A stretch of DNA of 63,993 bases, filler included, from Licmophora abbreviata (taxonomy: Eukaryota): NCBI GenBank assembly GCA_900291995.1. It is 12 parts of 12 records of this genome, joined end to end, with 100 filler letters (N's around TTAATTAATTAA, not from the genome) between each part and the next. Parts side by side here need not be neighbours in the genome. Positions count along the whole stretch, not along the records: positions 29,157 to 39,116 come from OLMU01004932.1; positions 39,217 to 43,477 come from OLMU01004933.1; positions 43,578 to 45,523 come from OLMU01004934.1; 9 more parts are not named here. One strand, written 5' to 3'. The notes beneath the pieces are model-generated. The model ran no database searches and was not told the DNA's origin. It saw only the letters and a list, made by a program, of their open reading frames with translations. Both the position numbers and the translations under genes were made by a program. Positions 35,736 to 45,505 of this stretch are shown piece after piece. Each line of letters starts with the position of its first letter. Positions within the stretch are counted from its first letter, which is position 1.

Positions 35736-36135
35736 AGTTTCTATTTGCGGATATGACACCAGGACTTGGTCTTAGGCGTTAGAAAGACTTCCTTCAGACT
35801 ACAGATAGAAGAAAGATATGGCAGTGGGCAAACGGAGGTGCCATGGTCGGAGCAAGTCATTGTCGAAAACCAGAATGTCTTCTTACTTTTCTTACAGTTT
35901 CCAGTCAGTCTTCTGAGTCACGAGTCTGTGTTGGTTTCTCAGTCGTGGCGCGCCGACAGGGTGAATCCGGAATGGCGTCTCGTCGCATTCAACATCGCCG
36001 TCCGCACATTCCTCCTTCGACCACGGCATGCATGAGAGGATGGCGTCGTCGTCAAACTTTGAAACTCCCTCTCAGCCACAATATGTCGCAATCGTCAGGG
36101 GCGGTATAGCAGGCTTGACCGCGACGCGAACTAAC
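35530..36135. repeat. Left copy of duplicated O-FucT/amine-oxidase head-to-head segment
   Basis: Collinear shared blocks with 38630-39405: TTGAGATTCAAAGCTTC, GTCGGGATCCAGT, GCGGATATGAC, TTCCTTCAGA, CCATGGTCGG, CAGTCGTGGCGCGCC, ATCGCCGTCCGCAC, ACTCCCTCTCAGCCACA, ATAGCAGGCTTGAC. Confidence 0.9.
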
Positions 36136-36159
36136 TGTATTCGAATATTGTACCACTGA
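36040..36159 (+). pseudogene. Truncated 5' remnant of the flavin amine oxidase gene
   Basis: MASSSNFETPSQPQYVAIVRGGIAGLTATRT...* versus the intact copy MALSSIVETPSQPQCVVIVGGGIAGLTAART; first Gly of GxGxxG changed to Arg. Confidence 0.88.
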
Positions 36160-37088
36160 CTGTCATGTGATTTTGGATGTGAACATTGATCGACTGACAG
36201 AGCCAGCGAGTCAGCACCTGGTATGATTATGTTTGATTTGTTGCTAGCCCGAATGCCCTGTCTCTTATAGCTTATAGAGCTGGTCTACACTTCGTTTATC
36301 AATGGAATGAGTTTCCACTCTAGTAGTAGCGAGAAAAGGGGCATCTTTTCCATGTACGACGTAGTCATAACAGAAGCGTAGAATGCAAATGTATCAGCTG
36401 ATTAGTCGAGTGACTACTAGGTTGCGTAGCAACAACGCTCTATCTACCCCTGCTCGTGTGCAGGCACTTCGGCTCTCCCCTCCGAGGTCGTATCTCCTTC
36501 AAACCGTTTCAAATCTGACGTTCTCTTCCTGGCTGCTGGCTTCGGTCTTTCCTAGTCACATAGTACCAGACATCTAGAAAAGAACATGTTTCCGCTTAGT
36601 TCCGTTGTGCCATGGTACGTGGTACAACCGGTGATTTGCCAGGTATCGGTATGGCATAGAAGACTCGTAAAGCACGACGACAACACTACTTGTCGACCGA
36701 CGGCCGGATCGTTTGTCTCTTAATACCGGTATGCTATCCGTCTGACCTTCCTGCGTATATCATACCTTTACGAGGTACTCTAAATGTCCACGAGCTCCAT
36801 CAGATACTAGTGGTTACACCTCAATCCGGGTATCATACCTTGTTCCGATACATGTTCAAATGTGCGTCGTATGTATGATGCCGTACTATACCTTGCTGTC
36901 GCTGCCAGTATCTTTCGGAAAGTTGTACTTCAAGTACTATTTCTACGTACCCACAATAAAGGCGCGCCTGTCGACCCTGCAGGTGCGTGGCCTTGAACAC
37001 GTCTTCTTCTGCCGCGCTAACCGGGCCGCCGCATGACGAGACAGTGACGAAAGCGACTTTAGGAATGCTCGCTTCCATTGGCTATCGT

Positions 37089-37259
37089 ACGTCAAGGTGA
37101 TAAACAAAATCGACTGACGTCTGTGTTCGCTTCCGAAGTCGTATCATACGCTATGACGTCGTCTCGTCTCCAAAGATACGAAAAATAATGTGCTCATCAA
37201 AACCAAGAAAAGTTCTTTCACATTTTCTCATCGACCCGCAAGAAGAAAGTCGTACGTCA
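37089..37259. promoter_or_regulatory. Cluster of four CCRE/CRE-type elements (TGACGT/ACGTCA) upstream of delta-CA
   Basis: ACGTCA 37089-37094, TGACGT 37115-37120, TGACGT 37154-37159, ACGTCA 37254-37259, all within 300 bp of the ATG at 37379. Confidence 0.7.
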
Positions 37260-37378
37260 TGAATGCGCCGCCTTGTCCTTGTTTCCTAAACTGTCTTTTA
37301 TAATTGCTTTACTTGAACTGGATTGCTCACATACTGCTTTATTGGACGGTCTTAACACCACAGGTTTGAATCGCCATC

Positions 37379-38449
37379 ATGTGCAAGAACGACGACGTCG
37401 AAATCGCCTCGGGAGAGCCCGTCTCCAAGGGTGCCGCTTACGACAACAGCAGCACTGTCGTAACAAGCAACAAGATGTCCACCACCACCAAGGCCGTCAT
37501 TACATTGCTGACTTGCTCCACCCTTGCCCTCCTCGGCACGACCATTTACTTTGCCACCGAGGACAATGCCGCGACGCCGTCCAAGTTCCAGCAGTTTGGC
37601 GAGAACCCGTGCTCCGGCCAAAAACCCGACGCTCCCAACGTTGCCTGTATCATTGACGAGGTCGAGCAGACGGGCGAGCAGTCTGGTGCCAATGTGACCA
37701 AGGGTTACAAGGGTGATCGCGATACGGATGCCGTCCCCATCACTGGAAACTACCGCGAAGAGGGCTTGTGCCCGGTCAACGTCCACTGGCATCTCGGAAC
37801 GGAACACTACTCCCTCGGCGAGTACGACGAGACTGGTACTGGACCGCTTGAGTTCCACGAAGGTCGCATTGGATTCCAGTGCTCGTATTACGATGAGACG
37901 GATGAGAAGTTCACCAAGCCATTCGAGTGGGAGCACTGCATTGGCATGACGGTCGGTCAGACCTATGAAGTCCACTGGCCGCATTCTGCCGCCGGCATGT
38001 GCAACACGCCGTGGCAGTACCAGACACCTTTCTACGACGGTGTCTTTTGCAAGGATGATGTCATTTCTGACACTGCCGCCCAGATTGGCGTGCAGTCGCA
38101 GGTCTTCACCGTCGTCAATGACGAAGAGTATTTCTACCCCGATCTGTTCCGTGGCATGATTGTCGACGGCGAAAAGGGCGACGACATTGCCAAGTACACG
38201 GGCTCTACCACCGGCACTTCCCGCGACAATGAGATGTGCTCGCCCTTCGCGCCAATCACGTGGCAGGTGGACCGCAAGTGCCATCTCATTTCGGCCTCGT
38301 CTTTTGACAAGATGTGCTCTGAAATGAAGGCCCAGGCCGATAACTTGTCTGACGATCTTTACGCCCACGGTTCTCGTGAGCTTGTTGACGACAAGCACGT
38401 GGCTAACAACCAGCAGGACCGTCGTCTTGGTCCTTTCGCCAAGAAGTAA
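37379..38449 (+). CDS. Delta-class carbonic anhydrase (TWCA1 family) with N-terminal signal anchor
   Basis: LCPVNVHWHLGTEH, YEVHWPHSAAG, QYQTPFYDGVFC, IGVQSQVFTVVNDE, GSTTGTSRDNE.CS, WQVDRKCH; one TM at about residues 40-58; intronless. Confidence 0.93.
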   Translation: MCKNDDVEIASGEPVSKGAAYDNSSTVVTSNKMSTTTKAVITLLTCSTLALLGTTIYFATEDNAATPSKFQQFGENPCSGQKPDAPNVACIIDEVEQTGEQSGANVTKGYKGDRDTDAVPITGNYREEGLCPVNVHWHLGTEHYSLGEYDETGTGPLEFHEGRIGFQCSYYDETDEKFTKPFEWEHCIGMTVGQTYEVHWPHSAAGMCNTPWQYQTPFYDGVFCKDDVISDTAAQIGVQSQVFTVVNDEEYFYPDLFRGMIVDGEKGDDIAKYTGSTTGTSRDNEMCSPFAPITWQVDRKCHLISASSFDKMCSEMKAQADNLSDDLYAHGSRELVDDKHVANNQQDRRLGPFAKK

Positions 38450-38629
38450 ATGTGTTGCTCATCAGTGATGTCGAGTGGATTGACGTCTGTTTCATTTTTC
38501 TCCAAAAGCCAAGCAACATTGCGATGAAGATTTTCAGCCAAGTCATCGCGCTAGTAGCTAGCGATAAAACGTAGTCAGCACTACCATTCTTCCAGAGACT
38601 GCTTGCATCGACATCAACTCACAGGTAAA

Positions 38630-39405
38630 TTCTGCCGCCACGCCTGTTCGTCTTGTCGGCTCATTATTGTAGGTCACGATTGTCCATCGCGGCACGGCAG
38701 TTGAGATTCAAAGCTTCCCAGGTAAAATTGTTTCAGTAGTACCGTATACCATTCGTTCCCACTGTGTACCGCAGAATTGCTTGAATGGCTTGTGAGAATC
38801 GAGCGAGGGTAGTGACCAAGGCCGTCGCGCGTTGTCGGGATCCAGTTGCTCGCTCGTGCTGGTTTCTACTACCGCGGATATGACGGCAGGACTCGGCCGC
38901 AGGCTTCAGTTAGATTTCCTTCAGATATTGAAAGACCAACAGAGAGATACGATGGTGGGCACGGGCAGGTGTCCATGGTCGGTCACACAGTCGAATGTAA
39001 CAAGTTGAAAGTAGTTGTTGAAGTTCGAACTGACTTCACGATTCTGAAAAAGTCTTGAATCACGAGCTGCTGTTGGTTTTCAGTCGTGGCGCGCCAACTG
39101 CTAGTGATTGAGTCGANNNNNNNNNNNNNNNNNNNNNNNNNNNNNNNNNNNNNNNNNNNNTTAATTAATTAANNNNNNNNNNNNNNNNNNNNNNNNNNNN
39201 NNNNNNNNNNNNNNNNCGCGGGCTGTGCCCTCATACCGTTTGTATCATACCCTTGTTGCCCTGATCGCCGTCCGCACTCCGCTCGTTGAACATTCCTTCG
39301 ACCACGAGGATGGCGCTGTCGTCGATTGTTGAGACTCCCTCTCAGCCACAGTGTGTCGTAATCGTCGGGGGCGGGATAGCAGGCTTGACGGCGGCGCGAA
39401 CGCTA
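38630..39405. repeat. Right copy of the duplicated segment (spans the linker), including a decayed 5' stub of O-FucT at about 38630-38885
   Basis: Collinear with 35530-36135; no O-FucT ORF persists in this copy. Confidence 0.85.
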
Positions 39406-40767
39406 CTGCAAAAGTCGAATACAGTCAGCGTTACTCTCTTGGAAGCGTCGGATCGGTTAGGCGGTCGGATACGCGGCGAGGTGGATTTTGTACCGGGCCA
39501 TGTACTAGATCTTGGAGCTGAATTCATCCATGGCAAGGGAACGGTGCTGACGGAGCTTATACAGGAATACAGTGAGGAATGGGAGAGGCGAATACGGCCG
39601 TCCACGCTACTTCAGGAAATATTCATTACGGCCCACGCGGATGGCGGACCAAGTCCAGAACCTACTGCAGATGGATACTACGGCATGTACTATGTCAACA
39701 AGGAACTCTTGCGGTACGACGATGTTCTACTCGAGCCTTTGCATCGGGTGCTGGAAGGCATGGAACATGAGACCTTCAGCGGACACACGTCCGACATGAT
39801 GTCGTTAGGAGATGTGCTTTATTCGAGATTGAAAGCGACCCCCGAACTGTCGTCGTTGGCTGTTGCAGGTTATGCCAACACCGCGGGGTGTTCAGATTTA
39901 CGCAATATCTCGCTACCCATGACATTGGCCTTCGAAGAGCATTGGGAGGCGCATGAAATCGCCGGAGATCATCGCATTCACTCCTCTATCGGCATGTATG
40001 GTCTGGTCCAGAAGCTCGTCGACGAACTTGAATCTCATGAACAAAGATTCACAGCTCATTTGAACTGGAGAGTATGCAGTATCTCTCAAGACTGTAATTC
40101 AATTACGGCCGTACTGCGCTCTGTTGATGGGGAGGCGATGCACGCGGATGCCGTGGTTGTTGCAGTTCCGCCGCCTCTCCTTCCAACGCTCGGTCTTGAT
40201 CTGGGTGAAGCGAAACGAGAGGCCCTACAGTACATCGGTTTCGACACGGCAGTCAAGGTAGTGCTCAAGTTCTCGAAGCAGTTGTGGCCATGCTATCTGC
40301 AGAGCGTCGTGTGTGCAGACTCAATAGTACCAGAAATGTGGTTTCGACACTTTCCTACTTCGGACGACTCGGAGGAGGACTGTCACGTGGTTGTTTGCTT
40401 CTTCACGTCGAGCATTGCCGAAACGTTTCTTGCTCGCGTGACCGATACCATCACTGGGAGACGTTTGGAGGATAAAATGACGGAGCTGGTCATTCAGCAG
40501 CTCTCTGAAATGTTCAATCGCGGTATCTCGGACTTTGGCGACGCACACAGAGGCACGTTATGCTACAGTTTCGGAGATCATCCAACTATTAGAGGAGGAT
40601 ACGTTTTCCCCAAAGTCGGCATGAGACGTAAGCATCTAAAGGATTTAGCGAAGCCACAACATCGAATCTTCTTTGCGGGAGAAGCGACCAATACCAATGC
40701 GTGCTGCACCGTTCAGGCCGCCATGGAAACGGGCGTTAGGTCCGCGAATGAAGTTCTAGGACTCTAA
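39310..40767 (+). CDS. Flavin-containing amine oxidase (polyamine oxidase/MAO family)
   Basis: VIVGGGIAGL.AA, LEASDRLGGR, DLGAEFIHG, IFFAGEAT...TVQAAMETG.R.A. Confidence 0.92.
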   Translation: MALSSIVETPSQPQCVVIVGGGIAGLTAARTLLQKSNTVSVTLLEASDRLGGRIRGEVDFVPGHVLDLGAEFIHGKGTVLTELIQEYSEEWERRIRPSTLLQEIFITAHADGGPSPEPTADGYYGMYYVNKELLRYDDVLLEPLHRVLEGMEHETFSGHTSDMMSLGDVLYSRLKATPELSSLAVAGYANTAGCSDLRNISLPMTLAFEEHWEAHEIAGDHRIHSSIGMYGLVQKLVDELESHEQRFTAHLNWRVCSISQDCNSITAVLRSVDGEAMHADAVVVAVPPPLLPTLGLDLGEAKREALQYIGFDTAVKVVLKFSKQLWPCYLQSVVCADSIVPEMWFRHFPTSDDSEEDCHVVVCFFTSSIAETFLARVTDTITGRRLEDKMTELVIQQLSEMFNRGISDFGDAHRGTLCYSFGDHPTIRGGYVFPKVGMRRKHLKDLAKPQHRIFFAGEATNTNACCTVQAAMETGVRSANEVLGL

Positions 40768-40839
40768 GCGCAATTTATGATTGGTCATATTCGTGAGGTT
40801 TTTATTCATTTATATATTTGTCGCGTAATGTTCCTTCTC

Positions 40840-41580
40840 TCAACACACCTTGGTGGTGCTTGGCTCGGCGTAAGCTGTACGCTGAACATGTCCGATACTC
40901 AGACGTCGCTTCTGACGACAAAGCTGATCGATTTGAGACTCCAAGTCGATCTCGCTGCGTACAGCAACGGCATCAGCCTCTCCAAAGCTTGCTGCCATTC
41001 GTGCCAACGGATCAGAATGAAGTTTATAAGCCTGTCGGATAAATTCGGCTCTGCCTTGCGAGTCACTAGTTGCCGTCTGTTGAAGTCGAAGGACAACTTT
41101 GATCGCCTCAGACCTCTGCTTGGCACGATGACTCATCATAGCAGGGAAGCTCCAGCGTTCAAGTCCTCGTCTCGAATGACCGGTTCGAACCCAATGTCCA
41201 AGCGCGTGTTGATCTCGATTGGAAGGTCCCGCGGGACTTGTCAGGCAGGCAGAGTATACGCGAAGTATGACCCCGGTGTAAGAGTGCCGCCGACGCTCAC
41301 GAGAGTCCTCCTGACGTATTGACTGCGAGATCCCTCTAGCATTCTGCTTGAATACAGTGAAGTCGTGTGGCTGATACCACATGTCTTCTTTCTCTTGGGC
41401 CGTGAGACCCGACCCTTCACGATGTTGCTCATCTTTGATGCCGTCTCCGTCACTTTTCTCGTCGCTATCATCGAACCGAACTCGACGCCGGGGCTTGCCA
41501 GCCTTATCGACTCTCATAGAGCTCTTAACGGACCTTACACTGGCTGAATTCGAGTGAACCTCATCACCAGGGCTACACAT
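40840..41580 (-). CDS. Hypothetical protein of a type commonly expanded in diatoms
   Basis: RRVRFD ... EKEDMWY...DF..FK ... RRGLE pattern; 246-aa ORF. Confidence 0.65.
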   Translation of the reverse strand: MCSPGDEVHSNSASVRSVKSSMRVDKAGKPRRRVRFDDSDEKSDGDGIKDEQHREGSGLTAQEKEDMWYQPHDFTVFKQNARGISQSIRQEDSRERRRHSYTGVILRVYSACLTSPAGPSNRDQHALGHWVRTGHSRRGLERWSFPAMMSHRAKQRSEAIKVVLRLQQTATSDSQGRAEFIRQAYKLHSDPLARMAASFGEADAVAVRSEIDLESQIDQLCRQKRRLSIGHVQRTAYAEPSTTKVC

Positions 41581-41970
41581 GACGGAAAAGCAAGATAGGC
41601 CAGAATGTGATTCGAAAAGAAGAGCGGCGCCCGAAGTTCGTGGGCTTAGAATACATCAGGCCCAACAGAGAAGAGACATTCTCCAGGATAAGTAAATTGG
41701 CATCTGAATGACCTCCCGGCATAACATCAGATGACCGTGAGTCCCGTGTTACGTTTACTTATGCTGACCATGAGATGGTATAGTACGATATGGTTTCGAC
41801 GGATCGGGCTGGTTTTGAGGCCCATGACTAGACTACCGGTACACAGCAACTACAGTAGCACGTTCACCAGTTCGTACGAGCTCTAGATGGTACATGCAAG
41901 GTGTCGGGTGCAAGTTACGGAAGCCACATTCAAAGTACTTGCAGAAGGTCGCAGAGCCTCCGTGAGCTGC

Positions 41971-43368
41971 CTAGAATCCCTGTTCGGGCAACGTCGTCTT
42001 GGTTTCTGGCACCGCTTCATTTGAAACGTGGCTATGAAGCTTGTCACCATATACGTCGTCCGAAGCAGAAATATCCGACCCTGTTTCTAGCTCCAGACCT
42101 ATTCCTTGGAATCCGTGTCTTCCGAATTGTATCGAGCAAGTGACTCGCGGCTGCATCCATCGCTTGAGAACAAAAGCGCCGGTGACCTTCGGATTACTAT
42201 CACTTGACGGAACAGTGCTTGTATTCATTTTGAGACATACTGCGCGATTGAGTTGCCATGCAATTCCAAAACTTAATGTAGCGTCCGATGAAGAATTCCC
42301 ATTCGCATTCGCGTCCATACCGCTGCTAGTCGTCATCGTGGACGCATGCATAGGCTTCTCCAGTTGCACTGTCCATCCTATCCGATTGCGAATCTTGGGG
42401 CATCGCGATTCCAGTATATTGATGACGTCTCGATCAAATGTCATAATTTGGCTGAGATCCATAGAGAGTACATTTGGTGTCTGTTGCAAAGTCACCACAA
42501 GCGGCGGACCAGTGGGAGGCTCGTTGGGACGAGTACCGTTGATGACAGCGGCGTTGAGATCCATGGATAGCAAATAAGAATACGACGGTGAGCGCCATGC
42601 CGAGCCTGTTTTAAGTGGGACGCATCCCTCAACAGCAGCGATTCCTCCGTTAGGTAACTCGAGCGCAGCGTATCCATTGACACCGTCCACTCGAAGTCCG
42701 GAAGAACGCGAAGATCGGACCCAAGATCCCAGATGAATCTTGGGTGTTGTGGCTTGCCGCCCGGTTTCGTATGAGAAAGGATCATTGCGGTAGTACTCGG
42801 ATCGCGCCTTTTCAGTGTTCCTGAGCTTCTGGAGAACGTGAGTCAGGTTGACGTGACAACCGATACCAAGCGATTCGCCTCCCATCGATATGTCGCCTTG
42901 AGCCGTCACACCGCTCAAAGGCTTGAAACTCGACATGAGTACAGGGAGACCCGATGACATAGCTCGCAGCTCCAATTGTCCGAGCGCCGTTGCCTTGGAA
43001 GTAACATTCAGCATCCCCTCAGTGCGTCCCTTGTCGTCAGGCGCGGCAAAGGATGCCAAGACGGCCGAGTCATGCGTTGCAGTCGCCAGTAGCCACAGGC
43101 CTGGCGTCATATGATCCCGCAAGATACGATCGCTCGGAAGTCTCAGTTGACGGACATACTGTAAATAGGACAATCCTGAAGGTGGAACGGCTCGAGCAGC
43201 GCCGTCGAGAATACCGGATGCGGCTCCTACGCGCTGCACCGTGGACGGAGGAAGCAGCGTCTCATGGCCGACGCCAAATGCCGGCGGAATCAGGACGCCC
43301 ACGTCTCTCAGCCGCTCTTTTTCTCCATAAGTCAGCCTATTCCTTTCATTCGATTGGTCTGCACCCAT
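41971..43368 (-). CDS. Predicted beta-barrel outer-membrane protein, OM47-like
   Basis: Alternating amphipathic beta strands; MG start; VLIPPAF; C-terminal AWQLNR..LK, LKRWMQP.VT.S, GIGLELE. Confidence 0.55.
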   Translation of the reverse strand: MGADQSNERNRLTYGEKERLRDVGVLIPPAFGVGHETLLPPSTVQRVGAASGILDGAARAVPPSGLSYLQYVRQLRLPSDRILRDHMTPGLWLLATATHDSAVLASFAAPDDKGRTEGMLNVTSKATALGQLELRAMSSGLPVLMSSFKPLSGVTAQGDISMGGESLGIGCHVNLTHVLQKLRNTEKARSEYYRNDPFSYETGRQATTPKIHLGSWVRSSRSSGLRVDGVNGYAALELPNGGIAAVEGCVPLKTGSAWRSPSYSYLLSMDLNAAVINGTRPNEPPTGPPLVVTLQQTPNVLSMDLSQIMTFDRDVINILESRCPKIRNRIGWTVQLEKPMHASTMTTSSGMDANANGNSSSDATLSFGIAWQLNRAVCLKMNTSTVPSSDSNPKVTGAFVLKRWMQPRVTCSIQFGRHGFQGIGLELETGSDISASDDVYGDKLHSHVSNEAVPETKTTLPEQGF

Positions 43369-43619
43369 GGTCGACTCTGGTGCTTGGGGAAGTCGATATC
43401 GAACGCTTCGTCTTCATCACACAAGCCATTGCTTGCGTGTTGAAAACATTCAAAGAACATGAGATTGTGTTTCGAAGNNNNNNNNNNNNNNNNNNNNNNN
43501 NNNNNNNNNNNNNNNNNNNNNTTAATTAATTAANNNNNNNNNNNNNNNNNNNNNNNNNNNNNNNNNNNNNNNNNNNNACTGTGGGGACTGTGACATGCCT
43601 ACCAACTTCTTTGGAAAGT

Positions 43620-44575
43620 ATGGTGTAATGTGTTTTATAGTATTGAGATTACCCTACCTGTCTTCGAGGTAGGAACCTCTTATACTTGCGGCCCCTAAAG
43701 GGCGGCTGACTACTGATGTGAGCTTGGTATGTGTCTTGGGTGGGTTATTCCGTTTGTGTGTGGGCGGAGTTGTTGCCTGTGTTTGTCAATGGTGTCGGTT
43801 GGGCTTGCTTGGTTGTGTGGGGAGTTCGGGTAATGTATCGATCCATGGTATTAACTTGGCCTGGTTTTCGGGATCGTCGTCGTATCTCATGTGGCTGTGT
43901 GAGTGTATTTCCCGCGGTTGTGGTGCGGGACTGGTCTCTGTTTTTCAAACTTATCTCATGGCGGGCACGGGAGAGGCGTTGGGCGTTAGTGATCCATGCC
44001 TGTTGTGTGGGAAGCGAAGAATTCAGGAGGTGTTCTTTGTTGACAAAGAGAAGTCGTCGGTCTTGTGGTGTGTATTGGTCTTGTGCGGCGAAGTAGCTCG
44101 TGATCTGGGTGCGTGCCTTCTGTTTTTCTCTTGCATCATCTCGATCGTGTAGGGATTTGTTGCGTGCGTCCCAGTCGTCTTCGCCGATTTTTCAGATAGC
44201 AAAAATCACCTGTCGTTTCCATGTGAGGAGTTTCTGTGCGGCAGAGCTGGGAAAGCGTTCTTGTAGGTACAGTCGCTGGGCCTCTGCCCAACTTCGGCTC
44301 ATAAAGCCTCGTAGGCAAAACTCCCAGCCGATGATATTTTGTTCGGCGATCGCTAATGAAATGTGTGCTTGGATTGGGTCGAGCGTTGTGGTTTCCGGTA
44401 TGTTGATTGGATGGTCGGTTGGGTGTGTCGTCCATGTTTGTAGTGCTGCTACCAGTGTCTTGAACAAGGGAGGAGCGGTGTGGTGTCTGAGAAGTGTGCT
44501 GCGTAGATGTTTGTTGAAGGAAGTGTGGCGTTGCTGCCGTCGTTGGTCTTGTGGGCAGCAGAGGATATTCATCGC
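43620..44575 (-). mobile_element. 5'-truncated non-LTR retrotransposon relic (diatom LINE, possibly Ambal-like): ORF C-terminus and 3' UTR
   Basis: Frame 44572-43745 with one in-frame TGA (44192-44194): ILCCP...AEQNIIGWEFCLRGFMSRSW...Q...AI*....WDARNKSLH...DRRLLF...AWI; A/C-rich coding strand; hairpin 43653-43673. Confidence 0.7.
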
Positions 44576-44786
44576 GCCACTGGACTGTCAGACGTTGGTA
44601 GTCTGGCCGTTTGCCCTCAAATTTGCAAAAGTGTTTCACGGTCTGGTGCGCCAAAAGGCAGCCGACACCGTGTCGGTGAGGACGTCGACCGTCATTGCAC
44701 GCTCTACATTAGTCCTCATGTAACGATACTTCGTAGGCTTGTCAACCACACTACAAAGTGTCTATTTCGTCCTCTTCGCATTGAAA

Positions 44787-45482
44787 ATGGCTTCTGAGTC
44801 GTCGAGAAAGCGCTCTCGAAGTGAGGGACACGAATTCCAGTCTGTTGCCCGGCGCTCCACAGGAAATGACAAAGTAGACAGTCTTCCGGCTATGTGGACG
44901 TGCCCTTCTTGCAATGATCACTTTCTACGTGCATCGGCGACGTATTTTACCCTTGGTTGTCGGCGAGGCTGTAAAATATGTGCCAACTGCTTCTCCGAAA
45001 GAGTTGTGGCGAAAGGATGCGACCCATTCTTTGCATGCACCTTATGTGACTCGGGGGCGCAGTCTTTTGCGACAATAACACCGCGTGTGACCAAATTGCG
45101 TTCAAAGTTTACGCGGCGACCGGATACAGACCCGTATGAGCTCAATCTGCCGAGTAAAAAAGGAGATCCGGTTCAGTACTGGTGCGAGCTCGTTAAGGAC
45201 GGAAATTCCGACCACATGAGCATGATTGGGCTCAGTATGATGGGATTCGACGCCGAGAAGGGCAAGAAAAAGGTTTATTCGGACATCTTTGATCAGCTGG
45301 ACTGCAACGAGTGGTCGGAGGAACAGGGCGACGTGATAGACTGCGTATTTCTGGCTTATTCACAGCGACACACAGTGTCGCAACCGGCGTTTCGATCCCA
45401 TGGCGAATCCGTCCAAAGAAGCTCTCGAGAGGCTTTCTGGCTTGCTGTCACCGAGCCGTGTTTGCTCTCTCGAGAGGGATAG
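44787..45482 (+). CDS. Hypothetical subtelomeric protein with C4C4 RING-like zinc finger
   Basis: CPSC-x15-C-x3-C-x2-C-x2-C-x15-CTLC; NLS-like RKRSR. Confidence 0.5.
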   Translation: MASESSRKRSRSEGHEFQSVARRSTGNDKVDSLPAMWTCPSCNDHFLRASATYFTLGCRRGCKICANCFSERVVAKGCDPFFACTLCDSGAQSFATITPRVTKLRSKFTRRPDTDPYELNLPSKKGDPVQYWCELVKDGNSDHMSMIGLSMMGFDAEKGKKKVYSDIFDQLDCNEWSEEQGDVIDCVFLAYSQRHTVSQPAFRSHGESVQRSSREAFWLAVTEPCLLSREG

Positions 45483-45505
45483 ACTGTCGGATGCGAGAAC
45501 AGATG

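Noticed and set aside
37352..38398. 348-aa antisense ORF over the delta-CA (similar shadows over HSP20, SEC63, ABCF2 and ppk1)
   Set aside because: No recognisable motifs; an expected by-product of codon bias on the coding strand
43718..44797. Cys/Val/Gly-rich plus-strand ORFs
   Set aside because: They are antisense shadows of the A/C-rich retroelement strand
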